Positions 54,148 to 63,542 of a DNA stretch of 64,000 nucleotides are shown one piece after another. The stretch's first letter is position 1. Every line of letters begins with the position of its first letter. The stretch is from an uncultured delta proteobacterium. GTDB taxonomy: Bacteria; Desulfobacterota; Binatia; UBA9968. The stretch covers positions 64,001 through 128,000 of the forward strand of contig CAVSHR010000012.1 of assembly GCA_963727625.1 (NCBI GenBank). Reading direction: 5' to 3'. The notes under the pieces are model-generated. The model saw only the letters and a list, made by a program, of their open reading frames with translations. It was not told the DNA's origin and did no database searches. A program made the translations under genes and the position numbers.

Positions 54148-55115
54148 ACGGAAAATTGCTCCGTCAATACTTCACGGCCCGGGCGGCGATCCATCGCCGG
54201 CAGGGACAAACGATAAGCCCCGAGCGTCAGCACCACGGCAGTTGCGAGCATCAACGCACCCACGGCCAGATGAGTCGTCGTCAGGACAACGACCCAGCCG
54301 CTGGAAAGCCGCAATAGAGTAGTGAACTTGCCGACATAGGATAAGCCACCCAGCACCAGTTGCACGAGCAAAAGCGCAAACAACAGCAGCGCCGGCCGGC
54401 TCAAGCGGGCGGTGGCGGCATGGTGCTTGGCAACACGCACGACGATCAAGATAACATGGAGCGCCACCAGAGCGGCAAAAACCAGATGGGCATCCACCCG
54501 CTCTCCGGTGTGGCGCAGGACGGCGCCGAAAACGATCTGCAAATAAATCAGTCCGGTCGTGGCCGCGCACAACCGGCGCAGCCGCCCGCCATCGCTAAGC
54601 GGCCGGTCGGCAGGTACGGCACGCCAATCGCCTGAGGTAAAAGTCGCCAAACAAATCGTCACGGCGAAAAAAAACTGCGCCGTGGCCGCGTGCACGATCG
54701 CGAGCACATGCTCGAGCAACACCACGCGCAAACCGCCGAGGACGCCTTGCAAAACCACCAGCGCCAAGGCGGCAAGCGCCAGCCGACGCAGCCAGTTGCG
54801 CGGTTCGCGTAGCCAAAAAGTTAGGGCCAAGCCGATGGTCAACAGGCCGACGAAGGAAGCGACCAAGCGGTGGCTATGCTCGTAAAAGATATTGCCGACC
54901 ATTTTTGACCATGGGTAGAGAAACATGTTGTAGCCGAAGGTGGTCGGCCAGTCGGGCACGGCAAGCCCCGCGCCTTTGCTGGTGACGAGCCCGCCGATGA
55001 AGAGCAACGGGAAGGTCGCGCAAGCGAGCAGCACCGCGATGCGGTGCGGCCATAACGAAAAAGTTGAAGCATGAGCGGCGGACGCGCCCCCCATTCCCCT
55101 GCTCTCCGCGTTCAT
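54144..55115 (-). CDS. ctaA: Heme A synthase (COX15/CtaA)
   Basis: GGLVTSKGAGLAVPDWP, EHSHR, QGVLGG, conserved His residues. Confidence 0.9.
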   Translation of the reverse strand: MNAESRGMGGASAAHASTFSLWPHRIAVLLACATFPLLFIGGLVTSKGAGLAVPDWPTTFGYNMFLYPWSKMVGNIFYEHSHRLVASFVGLLTIGLALTFWLREPRNWLRRLALAALALVVLQGVLGGLRVVLLEHVLAIVHAATAQFFFAVTICLATFTSGDWRAVPADRPLSDGGRLRRLCAATTGLIYLQIVFGAVLRHTGERVDAHLVFAALVALHVILIVVRVAKHHAATARLSRPALLLFALLLVQLVLGGLSYVGKFTTLLRLSSGWVVVLTTTHLAVGALMLATAVVLTLGAYRLSLPAMDRRPGREVLTEQFSV

Positions 55116-55130
55116 GATACCGTCTATCCT

Positions 55131-56891
55131 TTAATGCCCTCGAGCCACGGCAGCGTTGCCCAAGTTTTTGTCCTGCGGCAGCCAGTCTTCCTCGACTTCC
55201 GGGGAGCTATACTCGTAGGCGCCGCGGTAAACCACCGGCTGGACCTCGAAATTGCCGTGCGGCGGCGGCGTCGGCGCGGTCCATTCCAGCGTGTTCGCCT
55301 GCCAGGGATTTTTTTCAGCCTTCTTGCCCGCAAACAGGCTCCAAAAGAAGTTTACCAGGAAGAAGATTTGTGAAGCACCGAGGAGCAAGGCGCTGATCGT
55401 GATGAACACGTTCCAATGCTGCACCGGCAGTAAGAACTCGTACTGCGTCGGATTGTAAATGCGCCGCATATGGCCGGCGACACCGAGGAAATGCATGGGA
55501 AAAAACACGCCGTTGAAAAAAATGTAGGTCAAGACGAAATGAATCTTCGCCAGCCCTTCGTTCATCTGGTGCCCGAACATTTTAGGGAACCAGTAATAAA
55601 CCGCCGCGAACAAAGCGAAGACGATCCCGGCAACGACATAGTGGAAATGGGCCACGATGTAGTAGGTGTCGTGGATATAAATATCCACCGGCGTAGCGGC
55701 CATGAAAATGCCGCTCAGGCCGCCGATCAGAAAATTCGAGACAAATCCCAGAGCGAATAACATCGGCGAGGTCAACCGAATGTTGCCGCCCCAAAGCGTT
55801 CCAAGCCAGTTAAAAACTTTGATCGCGGACGGAACCGCGATCACCATCGTCGTCATCATGAACGCCGTACCGAGCAGCGGATTCATGCCGCTGACAAACA
55901 TATGATGGCCCCACACGAGCCAAGACAGAAAAGCGATGGCGATCATTGAGAATGCCATGGCGTGGTAACCGAAAATAGGTTTGCGCGAAAAAGTGGAAAG
56001 AATATCCGAGGTCACGCCCATGGCGGGCAAAACCAAAATATAGACCTCGGGATGGCCGAAAAACCAAAACATATGCTGCCAAAGCAAGGGCTGTCCGCCG
56101 CCTTCGGGCAGAAAAAAGCTGGTGCCCGCGAACCGGTCGAAAAGCAACATGGCCAGTGCGGCGGTTAGCACCGGCAACGCGAGGAGCAGCAAGATTGCGG
56201 TGATAAACAGCGACCAGATCGTCAGCGGCATGCGGAAATACGTCATGCCGGGCGCGCGCATGTTGACGATCGTCGTGATGTAATTGATCGACCCCATCAA
56301 GGACGAAACGCCTAGGATCAATAAACTAATGATCCAAAGATCCTGCCCCAAATCGACACCCGTGTACTGGGGCCGCGCCGAGAGCGGCGCGTAACTGGTC
56401 CAGCCGCCGGCGGCCGGCCCGCCGGGGACGAAGAAACTCGAAAGCATCACAAGGGTCGCAAGCGCAGCGACCCAAAAAGACAGCATGTTCAATTTCGGAA
56501 AGGCCATGTCTCTCGTGCCGATCATCAAGGGAATCAGAAAATTGCCGAAGCATCCGACCATGATCGGCATGACCACGAAAAATATCATGATCGTAGCATG
56601 CATGGTGAATAGCGCATTGTACGTCGGGGGCGGAATGATGCCGCCGCCGTGCTCGCCGGGATAAATGTAAGGCTCGGGAATAAAGCCCAGTCCGGGCACC
56701 GCCGTCTCCGGCCAGGCCAGCTCCCAGCGCACGAGCATGGCGAGCAAGCCGCCGACAATAATCATCAACAGCCCCATGAACAAAAATTGCCGGCCGATCA
56801 TCTTGTGATCGAGCGAAAAAATATAGGTTCGGACAAAACCCAGCTGTGGGTGTTGATCGTGCGGTGCGTGCGCCGCCGCTGTATCGCTCAT
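55131..56891 (-). CDS. ctaD: Cytochrome c oxidase subunit I, A1 type
   Basis: TMHA, DMAFP, WFFGHPEVY, WGHHMF, VPSAIK, VAHFHY. Confidence 0.96.
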   Translation of the reverse strand: MSDTAAAHAPHDQHPQLGFVRTYIFSLDHKMIGRQFLFMGLLMIIVGGLLAMLVRWELAWPETAVPGLGFIPEPYIYPGEHGGGIIPPPTYNALFTMHATIMIFFVVMPIMVGCFGNFLIPLMIGTRDMAFPKLNMLSFWVAALATLVMLSSFFVPGGPAAGGWTSYAPLSARPQYTGVDLGQDLWIISLLILGVSSLMGSINYITTIVNMRAPGMTYFRMPLTIWSLFITAILLLLALPVLTAALAMLLFDRFAGTSFFLPEGGGQPLLWQHMFWFFGHPEVYILVLPAMGVTSDILSTFSRKPIFGYHAMAFSMIAIAFLSWLVWGHHMFVSGMNPLLGTAFMMTTMVIAVPSAIKVFNWLGTLWGGNIRLTSPMLFALGFVSNFLIGGLSGIFMAATPVDIYIHDTYYIVAHFHYVVAGIVFALFAAVYYWFPKMFGHQMNEGLAKIHFVLTYIFFNGVFFPMHFLGVAGHMRRIYNPTQYEFLLPVQHWNVFITISALLLGASQIFFLVNFFWSLFAGKKAEKNPWQANTLEWTAPTPPPHGNFEVQPVVYRGAYEYSSPEVEEDWLPQDKNLGNAAVARGH

Positions 56892-56944
56892 CTCTCAAAA
56901 TCCTCCGTATTGCCTTCGGATATAGTTGCAGGGGTTGGGATAAT

Positions 56945-57610
56945 TTATTGCGCCTTCGCAGCCAGGTTCTCGTCGGCCCATTTCTTATAATCTTCGGGTG
57001 TATGGACGTAGAGCCAACCTTTCATGCCGGAATGGCCGAAGCCGCAAAGCTCGGCGCAGGGAACCTCGTATTTCCCAGTCTTGGTTCCTTCGAACCAGGC
57101 GACGATTTGACGTCCCGGAACCGCATCTTGTTTGAAGCGCATGTTCGGGATGAAGAAACTGTGGATGACATCTTTCGAGGTAATAAACAGGCGGATGGGT
57201 TTATGGACCGGAACATGAAGATCGTTGTCGAATTTTATGTCGTCATCGCTGCCGAGCTTTCCGTCCGGGCCAGGGTAGCTGATTTCCCAGTTGAATTGTT
57301 TGGCCGCGACGCCGATTTCAAAATCCGTGTCCGGCACATGGCGCTTCACCTTGGCCCAAGTCGACGCGCTCATGAACGCGAGTACCACCAGGATCGCCGC
57401 CGGAATAATCGTCCAGATGATCTCAAGTGTGGTGTTGCCGTGACTATAGATTGCGCGTCGCCCCGGCTGCTCGCGGTACTTGATCAAAAAAATCACCATG
57501 AGGACAGTGACGAGAATAAAGGTTGCCCCCGTGATGTAATAGATCAGGTAAAATAACGAATCGATTTCTTGACCAAACGTCGACACGTCTTCGGGCAACC
57601 AAGTGAGCAT
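56945..57610 (-). CDS. ctaC: Cytochrome c oxidase subunit II (CuA)
   Basis: LEIIWT, DVIHSF, CAELCGFGHSGM. Confidence 0.95.
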   Translation of the reverse strand: MLTWLPEDVSTFGQEIDSLFYLIYYITGATFILVTVLMVIFLIKYREQPGRRAIYSHGNTTLEIIWTIIPAAILVVLAFMSASTWAKVKRHVPDTDFEIGVAAKQFNWEISYPGPDGKLGSDDDIKFDNDLHVPVHKPIRLFITSKDVIHSFFIPNMRFKQDAVPGRQIVAWFEGTKTGKYEVPCAELCGFGHSGMKGWLYVHTPEDYKKWADENLAAKAQ

Positions 57611-57766
57611 CTAACGATCCATCCTTGTGTAATTTTGGAAGTGGAAGAAAAAACTTAGCCCTACCTAACATAGCTACCAGGTCAATACAAGGGAGATGGC
57701 TTTGAATTGCAAAGGATTTCTCTCAGTGCTACGAAAAGCAATGCTGACCGCAGGCAAAAAACTTTC

Positions 57767-58261
57767 GTGACGTGGTATTTCTTAAGCCTAACGGTTCATT
57801 TGATCGCGCTGGCGCTCTGGCTCGGCGGGATCGTGTTCTTTTTGGTTGTCTTGGGCCCCGCAGTACAAGAGCTGGAGCCGCGCAATGCCGTCAGAACGCT
57901 CAATCAAGGAAGAATCGGCTTGGAGTCGCTTTCGTGGATCGCCATCGGGCTGCTGCTGGCAACGGGAATTTTTAACCTGATGGTGCGCCTTCCGGTCGCA
58001 GGCGCATCGCTTAGTAAATCCTACGGCTTCATTCTGGGTATCAAGCTGTTTATTTTCGGCGCCATGGTCGTGCATCACTGCCTGCAAGTTTTCAAATACG
58101 CGCCCGCCATCGCCAGTTTGACCGCCGAGCTGCCACAGAATCTTTCGGCTTGGCCCGAGCCATTGTTGTCGCACTGGCGCCGATGGTTCCTTTTGCTCAA
58201 AATCAATGCCGCGCTCGGACCGATCGCCGTGCTGCTCGGCCTCGCCCTGATCAAAAATTAG
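57767..58261 (+). CDS. CopD/DUF4149-like membrane protein
   Basis: HLIALALWLGG, TGIFNL, LGIKL...VVHH; divergent from the cox operon; start uncertain. Confidence 0.7.
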   Translation: MTWYFLSLTVHLIALALWLGGIVFFLVVLGPAVQELEPRNAVRTLNQGRIGLESLSWIAIGLLLATGIFNLMVRLPVAGASLSKSYGFILGIKLFIFGAMVVHHCLQVFKYAPAIASLTAELPQNLSAWPEPLLSHWRRWFLLLKINAALGPIAVLLGLALIKN

Positions 58262-58482
58262 AGAACGATGCGCGAAGGTCGGCGCGAATTTTTTACTCCC
58301 GTGCCAAGCATAGACCGACACACCACGCGGCGACGTTGACGCAAAAGTGCGGCAATGGCCCCATTCGCGCTCACCGCCGGGTTTCCTCAAACTTGATTCA
58401 ACTTGGGTTCGGCAGTATAGGGGTAAGCGATGATCGTGGTTAACTGAAAGATCGGGTTCGCTATCGCGAAAAGGAGTTTTAC

Positions 58483-59469
58483 ATGAAATTAAATCGTTGG
58501 GTTCGGTATTTCACAGCTGCCTTGCTGCTTTTTTACGCTGGGCCGGCTTCCGCCGCGAATATCAACATCGTGTGGACCAGCGAGGTTGGCCAATTCGCGC
58601 CCTTGTGGGTTACCAAGGAAGCCAAGCTGTTTGAAAAATACGGCAACAATGGCCAGCTTATTTTTATTCAGGGCGCGAGCTCGGCGGCGGCGGCTTTGAT
58701 TTCCGGCGACGCGCAGGTCGGCATGTTCTCGCCTCAAGTGGTGATCGAAACTTCTTTGAAGGGTCTGGATCTCACCATGTTCGGCCGTCTCGGCAACACC
58801 ATGGACAACCGCATCTACGGGCGTAGGGGAATCAAAAGTCTCAAAGAAGTAAAGACGATCGCGATCAGCCGCTTCGGCAGCAACGCCGATTTCGCGGCGC
58901 GTTTCCTGTTGCAACGCGAAGGCATCAAACCTGATGTCGACGTCGCCCTGCTTCAAGTCGGCAACCAGTCCAACCGCATCGCCGCCGTGGAAACCAACAA
59001 CGCCGACGCCGCGATGCTCACCCCGCCGATGACCCTAAAGGCGCGCAAGCTGGGCATGACCCTGCTGGTCGACGCTTCCAAGCTGGGCATTCCCTATTCC
59101 AGTCTGTTTTTCGTGGCGCGACGCTCTTACATAAACAAAAACCGCGCCGACTTGCTCAACCTCACCAAAGCCATGATCGAAGGTGTGCACCTTTATAAAA
59201 CCAACAAGGAGTTCGCCATGAAAGTCCTGGCAAAGTACATGAAAGTCCAGGATCGCGATGTGCTCGAAGAAAATTTTCGCGAGTATGACTTTCCCTTGAA
59301 GCCCTATCCGTCGAAGGAATACTACGCGTTGCCGATCCAGGCAGTCGGCAAAAAACATCCGGAGGTCCTCAAGGACGACCCCGATCGCTTCGTCGACATG
59401 TCGCTGGTCAAGGAACTCGACAGCAGCGGCTTTATCGACAAGCTCACCCGGGAATATAAACTAAAATAG
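58483..59469 (+). CDS. NitT/TauT-family ABC substrate-binding protein
   Basis: Signal peptide, PLWVTKEAKLFEKYG, ISRFGS, FVDMSLVKELDSSGFI. Confidence 0.87.
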   Translation: MKLNRWVRYFTAALLLFYAGPASAANINIVWTSEVGQFAPLWVTKEAKLFEKYGNNGQLIFIQGASSAAAALISGDAQVGMFSPQVVIETSLKGLDLTMFGRLGNTMDNRIYGRRGIKSLKEVKTIAISRFGSNADFAARFLLQREGIKPDVDVALLQVGNQSNRIAAVETNNADAAMLTPPMTLKARKLGMTLLVDASKLGIPYSSLFFVARRSYINKNRADLLNLTKAMIEGVHLYKTNKEFAMKVLAKYMKVQDRDVLEENFREYDFPLKPYPSKEYYALPIQAVGKKHPEVLKDDPDRFVDMSLVKELDSSGFIDKLTREYKLK

Positions 59470-59491
59470 TTTAGCGACCAGCGGAGGGGTT

Positions 59492-60586
59492 ATGGCAAGC
59501 GCGCGCGGAGCGACTCTTTTGGGACCGGACAAACTGGAAATCCGCGAGTATCCGATGCCGGATATTCCGCCGGACGGCGGCCTGGTTAAAATTGAGATGG
59601 GCGGCGTCTGCGGCACGGACGTCAAGTATCTCCACGGCAAGCTCAAGGTCGACTATCCGATCATTCTCGGCCATGAAATTCTCGGCCGGGTCGATAAGCT
59701 CGGGCGCGACGCCGGGCGCATTCACAGAATCAAAGAAGGTGATCGCGTCATCCTGAAAGGGGCTCTCGGCTGCGGCCGCTGCGCCGACTGCCGGCGCGGC
59801 AACGCCCGCTTCTGCCGGCAGCGCACCAATTACGGTGGCCGAACCAAATGCGACAAGCCGCCGCACCTTTTCGGCGGCTTTGCCGACTATCTTTATTTGG
59901 CGCCCGATGTGCTCGCCACCAAAGTGAGCGACTCGCTCCCCGCCGAAGCAGCGGCGTTGATCGGCTCGGTGATGGCCAACGGCTTTCAATGGGCGATTCG
60001 CCGCGGCGGCGTAAAGATGGGCGACTACGTTTTGATCCAGGGCCCCGGCCAACAAGGCCTGTCTTGCACCTTCGCATCCAAACACGCCGGCGCGGCGAAG
60101 GTTTTCATCACCGGCATCGGGCGCGACAAGCCTCGCCTCGATCTCGCAAAAAACTTCGGCGCCACGCGCACCATCAACGTTGAAGAAGAAGACGTCGTCG
60201 AAGTGATCCGCAAAGAAACCAACGGCGAGATGTGCGACGTGGTCGTCGACGTCTCTGGAAACCCCAACGCGATTCTCAAATCGGTCGACTGCCTGCATCG
60301 CCAGTCGACCATGGTCCTCGGCGGCCTGACCGGCGACGCCACAGTCACGCCGATGCTCATGGATAAACTGGTGTGGAACGAGATCAAGCTCCAGGGCTGC
60401 TTCACCGCCGACAACGACGCGACCGAAGCCGCGCTGCGCATCATCGAAGAGACCAAGTTTCCGGTCGAGCAGATGGTCAGCCATGTCTTTCCGTTGAAGG
60501 ACATCGAGCACTGCATCCGCGCCATCGGCGGCGAAGTGCCGGGCGTGTTCCCGACCAAGGCGCTGATCAACCCCGCGATGGGCTAA
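59492..60586 (+). CDS. Zn-dependent alcohol dehydrogenase (MDR)
   Basis: CGTD, GHE, CGRCADC...C, GPGQQG. Confidence 0.92.
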   Translation: MASARGATLLGPDKLEIREYPMPDIPPDGGLVKIEMGGVCGTDVKYLHGKLKVDYPIILGHEILGRVDKLGRDAGRIHRIKEGDRVILKGALGCGRCADCRRGNARFCRQRTNYGGRTKCDKPPHLFGGFADYLYLAPDVLATKVSDSLPAEAAALIGSVMANGFQWAIRRGGVKMGDYVLIQGPGQQGLSCTFASKHAGAAKVFITGIGRDKPRLDLAKNFGATRTINVEEEDVVEVIRKETNGEMCDVVVDVSGNPNAILKSVDCLHRQSTMVLGGLTGDATVTPMLMDKLVWNEIKLQGCFTADNDATEAALRIIEETKFPVEQMVSHVFPLKDIEHCIRAIGGEVPGVFPTKALINPAMG

Positions 60587-60592
60587 GAAGAC

Positions 60593-60668
60593 TGGAGGGA
60601 TGGAGTCTTGGAATAATGGAGTGATGTTCCGAATCGAAATCTCCGGCACTCCAACCCTCCAACGCCCC
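60593..60668. repeat. 8-mer TGGAGTRA-like tandem/inverted repeat
   Basis: TGGAGGGA TGGAGTCT TGGAATAA TGGAGTGA ... CACTCCAACCCTCCAA; related copies at 61481-61520. Confidence 0.6.
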
Positions 60669-60684
60669 GATTGATTGACCTGAC

Positions 60685-61479
60685 ATGATTGAAGGGTTGA
60701 AGGAGAAAGTCGTCATTGTCACCGGCGGGGCCCACGGCATCGGTAAAGCCTACTGCTTGGGCTTCGCCAAAGCGGGCGCGAAAGTTGTCATCGCGGACAT
60801 CGATGAACCCGCAGCGGAGCGTGCGGTCGGCGAAATTAGCGAGGCCATCGGTATCGGCGTAGGGGCGATTCATGAATCGCCCCTACATGCGCTGCAGGTC
60901 GATGTATCGAATGAAGAGGCGACCCAGCGAATGGCAGCGCGCACGCTCGAGCGCTTCGGCCGCCTCGATGTGCTGATTAACAACGCGGCGGTTTTTTCCG
61001 TCGTGCCGATGAACCGCGGCCGGATCGAGACCATCGACCCCGAGGAGTGGGACCGGCTGATGGCGGTCAATCTGCGCGGCCTATTTTTCTGCTGCCGAGC
61101 CGTGCTGCCGGCCATGCGCCGGCAGAAATCCGGCAAGATCATCACCATTGCGTCGGGCACGGTCTTCGCCGGCGCGCCCGGGAGGATTCACTACGTCACA
61201 TCGAAAGCGGCGACCATCGGTTTCACCCGCACGCTCGCCCGCGAGGCCGGCGACGACAACATCACCGTCAACTGTCTGGCGCCCGGCAACACGCTATCGG
61301 AAGAAAACCCGACCAAACAGATGATCAAGTTCCGCGAATCGTCAGTCGTCATGAGATCGCTCAAAAGAATCCAGCTGCCGCAAGATGTCGTCGGTGCCAT
61401 GTTGTTCCTCGCCTCGCCGCTGAGCGATTTCATCACCGGGCAGACCATCAACGTCGACGGCGGGATATCGTTCCTGTGA
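60685..61479 (+). CDS. SDR family oxidoreductase carrying an in-frame REP palindrome
   Basis: TGGAHGIG, NNAA, YVTSK. Confidence 0.92.
   Translation: MIEGLKEKVVIVTGGAHGIGKAYCLGFAKAGAKVVIADIDEPAAERAVGEISEAIGIGVGAIHESPLHALQVDVSNEEATQRMAARTLERFGRLDVLINNAAVFSVVPMNRGRIETIDPEEWDRLMAVNLRGLFFCCRAVLPAMRRQKSGKIITIASGTVFAGAPGRIHYVTSKAATIGFTRTLAREAGDDNITVNCLAPGNTLSEENPTKQMIKFRESSVVMRSLKRIQLPQDVVGAMLFLASPLSDFITGQTINVDGGISFL
60859..60886. repeat. GTAG-family REP, perfect 28-bp palindrome inside a CDS
   Basis: GTAGGGGCGATTCATGAATCGCCCCTAC equals its own reverse complement. Confidence 0.85.
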
Positions 61480-61587
61480 GGGTTGGAGTGATGGAGTAAC
61501 ACAGTGTTGGAGTAACGGGAAGAACACTTCGCGCTCCCTAATCCGATTCGTTTTGAACGACTTGAACGCTTTGAACGGAGAAAAATT

Positions 61588-62628
61588 ATGAACTTGAACT
61601 ATCCGATCATCGATGCCGACGGCCACGTGTTGGAAAAAGACCGCGAGCTGCACGATTATTTGGGCGGCAGATATTCGAGCGCGCCTCGTTTCGAAACCTA
61701 CGCCTACTTTCCTTCGCTCGACGGCTGGAACCGCGGCACGGGAGTTCCCGGAAAAGATCCGGAGACGCCGGCGCCACGCTGGCTCGATTTTCTCGACGAG
61801 CTCGGCGTGCACACCACAGTGCTCTATCCCACCGGCGGGCTCGGGCTCGGCCTGGTGCAAAATCCGGAATGGGCGTGCGTGCTCGCGCGCGCCTATAACT
61901 CGTGGATCGCCGATCGCTTCGTGAAACAAAATCCGCGCCTTCAGGCTGTCGCACTGTTGCCGGTGCACGAACCGCTGGAGGCAGCCAAAGAACTTGAGCG
62001 GGCAAAATCGCTCGGACTGGTCGCTGGTTTGTTGCCCGCGGTGACTTGGTTAAATAAAGGTTACGGGCACGCCGACTTCGATCCGATTTACCAGACAGCG
62101 GAGCGCCTTGATATGGCGCTGACCGTGCACGGTGCGCCGAGCCGCGGCATGGGCTTCGATTTTTTCAGCAGGTTTCTCCATGTCCATACTCTCGAACATC
62201 CTTTCGCGATCTTGATTCAGTTTACTCATATGGTATTTGAAGGCGTCTTCGTGCGTTTTCCCAAGTTGCGCGTGGCGTTTCTCGAAGCCGGTTCCGGTTG
62301 GCTACCCTACATGATGGATCGGATGGACGAGGAAATGGAAAAACCGTACCGCGTCCAAGCACCGCTGCTCAAGCAAAAGCCCAGCGAGCTGATCCGCAAC
62401 GGCCAGATCTGGGCTACCTGCGAAGTGGAAGAAAAGGCCCTGCCCCATGTGCTCAAGCAATTTAATCCAAAATGTCTCATGTGGCCGTCGGACTATCCGC
62501 ACGAGCGCCTCCCCGACATATTCAAGCGTGACATTCCCGAATTTCTCGAACGCGATGACATCGATGACGGAGCTAAAAAGGCCATCTTGCACGACAACCC
62601 GATCGATTTTTACCGGCTGAAGATCTGA
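61588..62628 (+). CDS. Amidohydrolase_2 family protein
   Basis: IIDADGHV, VLYPT, VHG, LEAGSGW, SDYPH. Confidence 0.9.
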   Translation: MNLNYPIIDADGHVLEKDRELHDYLGGRYSSAPRFETYAYFPSLDGWNRGTGVPGKDPETPAPRWLDFLDELGVHTTVLYPTGGLGLGLVQNPEWACVLARAYNSWIADRFVKQNPRLQAVALLPVHEPLEAAKELERAKSLGLVAGLLPAVTWLNKGYGHADFDPIYQTAERLDMALTVHGAPSRGMGFDFFSRFLHVHTLEHPFAILIQFTHMVFEGVFVRFPKLRVAFLEAGSGWLPYMMDRMDEEMEKPYRVQAPLLKQKPSELIRNGQIWATCEVEEKALPHVLKQFNPKCLMWPSDYPHERLPDIFKRDIPEFLERDDIDDGAKKAILHDNPIDFYRLKI

Positions 62629-62629
62629 G

Positions 62630-62712
62630 GACGCAAGAGGAATCTCCCGCAAAGGCGCAAAGACGCAAAAGCAAGAAGACTCAGATTCCTAACTTTGCGC
62701 CTTTGCGGGAAA
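62630..62712. repeat. CGCAAAG tandem/inverted repeat
   Basis: CCCGCAAAGGCGCAAAGACGCAAAAG ... CTTTGCGCCTTTGCGGGA. Confidence 0.65.
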
Positions 62713-62754
62713 ACTTTTTAAATGACATCAAAAAAGAATCTACGGAGGCGGACC

Positions 62755-63513
62755 ATGCGTTTAAAAGATAAAGTGGCGATTGTCACCGGCGGCGGCGTGG
62801 GCATCGGCAAAGCTTATGCGCATGGCTTGGCCAAGGAAGGCTCCAAGGTCGTCGTCGCGGACATTCAAGACGGTGAAGCCAAAAAAGTCGCCGCGGAGAT
62901 CAAGGCAGCGGGCGGCGAAGCGACGGCGATGTATGTCGATGTCACGTCCCCGGAAAAAACCCAGGCGATGGCCGACGCGGCGCTCAAAAGCTACGGCCGC
63001 ATCGACATTCTCGTCAACAACGCCGGGCTCTATTCCGCGCTCAAGAAGAAAGGCTTCATGGAGATCGACGGCGAGGAATGGGACCGGGTCATGGCGGTCA
63101 ACGTCAAAGGGTTATGGCACTGCGTTAAAGCGGTTTATCCGGCAATGAAGCAGCAGGGCAAAGGCAAGATCATTAATATTTCGTCAGGCACCGTGCTCGG
63201 CGGCTCGCCCTACTTTCTCCACTATGTCTCCTCGAAGGGCGCGGTCATCGGCTTCACCCGCGCTTTGGCGCGGGAGCTGGGCGAAGACAATATCTGCGTG
63301 AATTCGATCATGCCCGGTTTGACGATTTCCAGCGCCAATCAGGAAGGCGTGATGACCGCCGAGCAACTCGCCGACCGGCGCAAGCGCCGCGCCTTTCACC
63401 GCGATCAGTACCCCGCCGATCTCGTCGGCACGGTGATCTTTCTCGCCTCCGACGACAGCGATTTCATGACCGGCCAGTCGATCAGCGTCGACGGCGGCAT
63501 GAACATGCACTGA
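62755..63513 (+). CDS. SDR family oxidoreductase
   Basis: TGGGVGIG, NNAG, YVSSK; GGAGG RBS before ATG 62755. Confidence 0.93.
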   Translation: MRLKDKVAIVTGGGVGIGKAYAHGLAKEGSKVVVADIQDGEAKKVAAEIKAAGGEATAMYVDVTSPEKTQAMADAALKSYGRIDILVNNAGLYSALKKKGFMEIDGEEWDRVMAVNVKGLWHCVKAVYPAMKQQGKGKIINISSGTVLGGSPYFLHYVSSKGAVIGFTRALARELGEDNICVNSIMPGLTISSANQEGVMTAEQLADRRKRRAFHRDQYPADLVGTVIFLASDDSDFMTGQSISVDGGMNMH

Positions 63514-63542
63514 AACATGATTGCGCCGCTCGCTCCCTGCAG

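Noticed and set aside
59370-60649. Long antisense ORFs such as 59471..60649, 23671..25479, 38394..39620, 36145..37266 and 3370..4494
   Set aside because: They lie opposite well-supported genes, lack motifs, and are expected shadows of GC-rich codon usage
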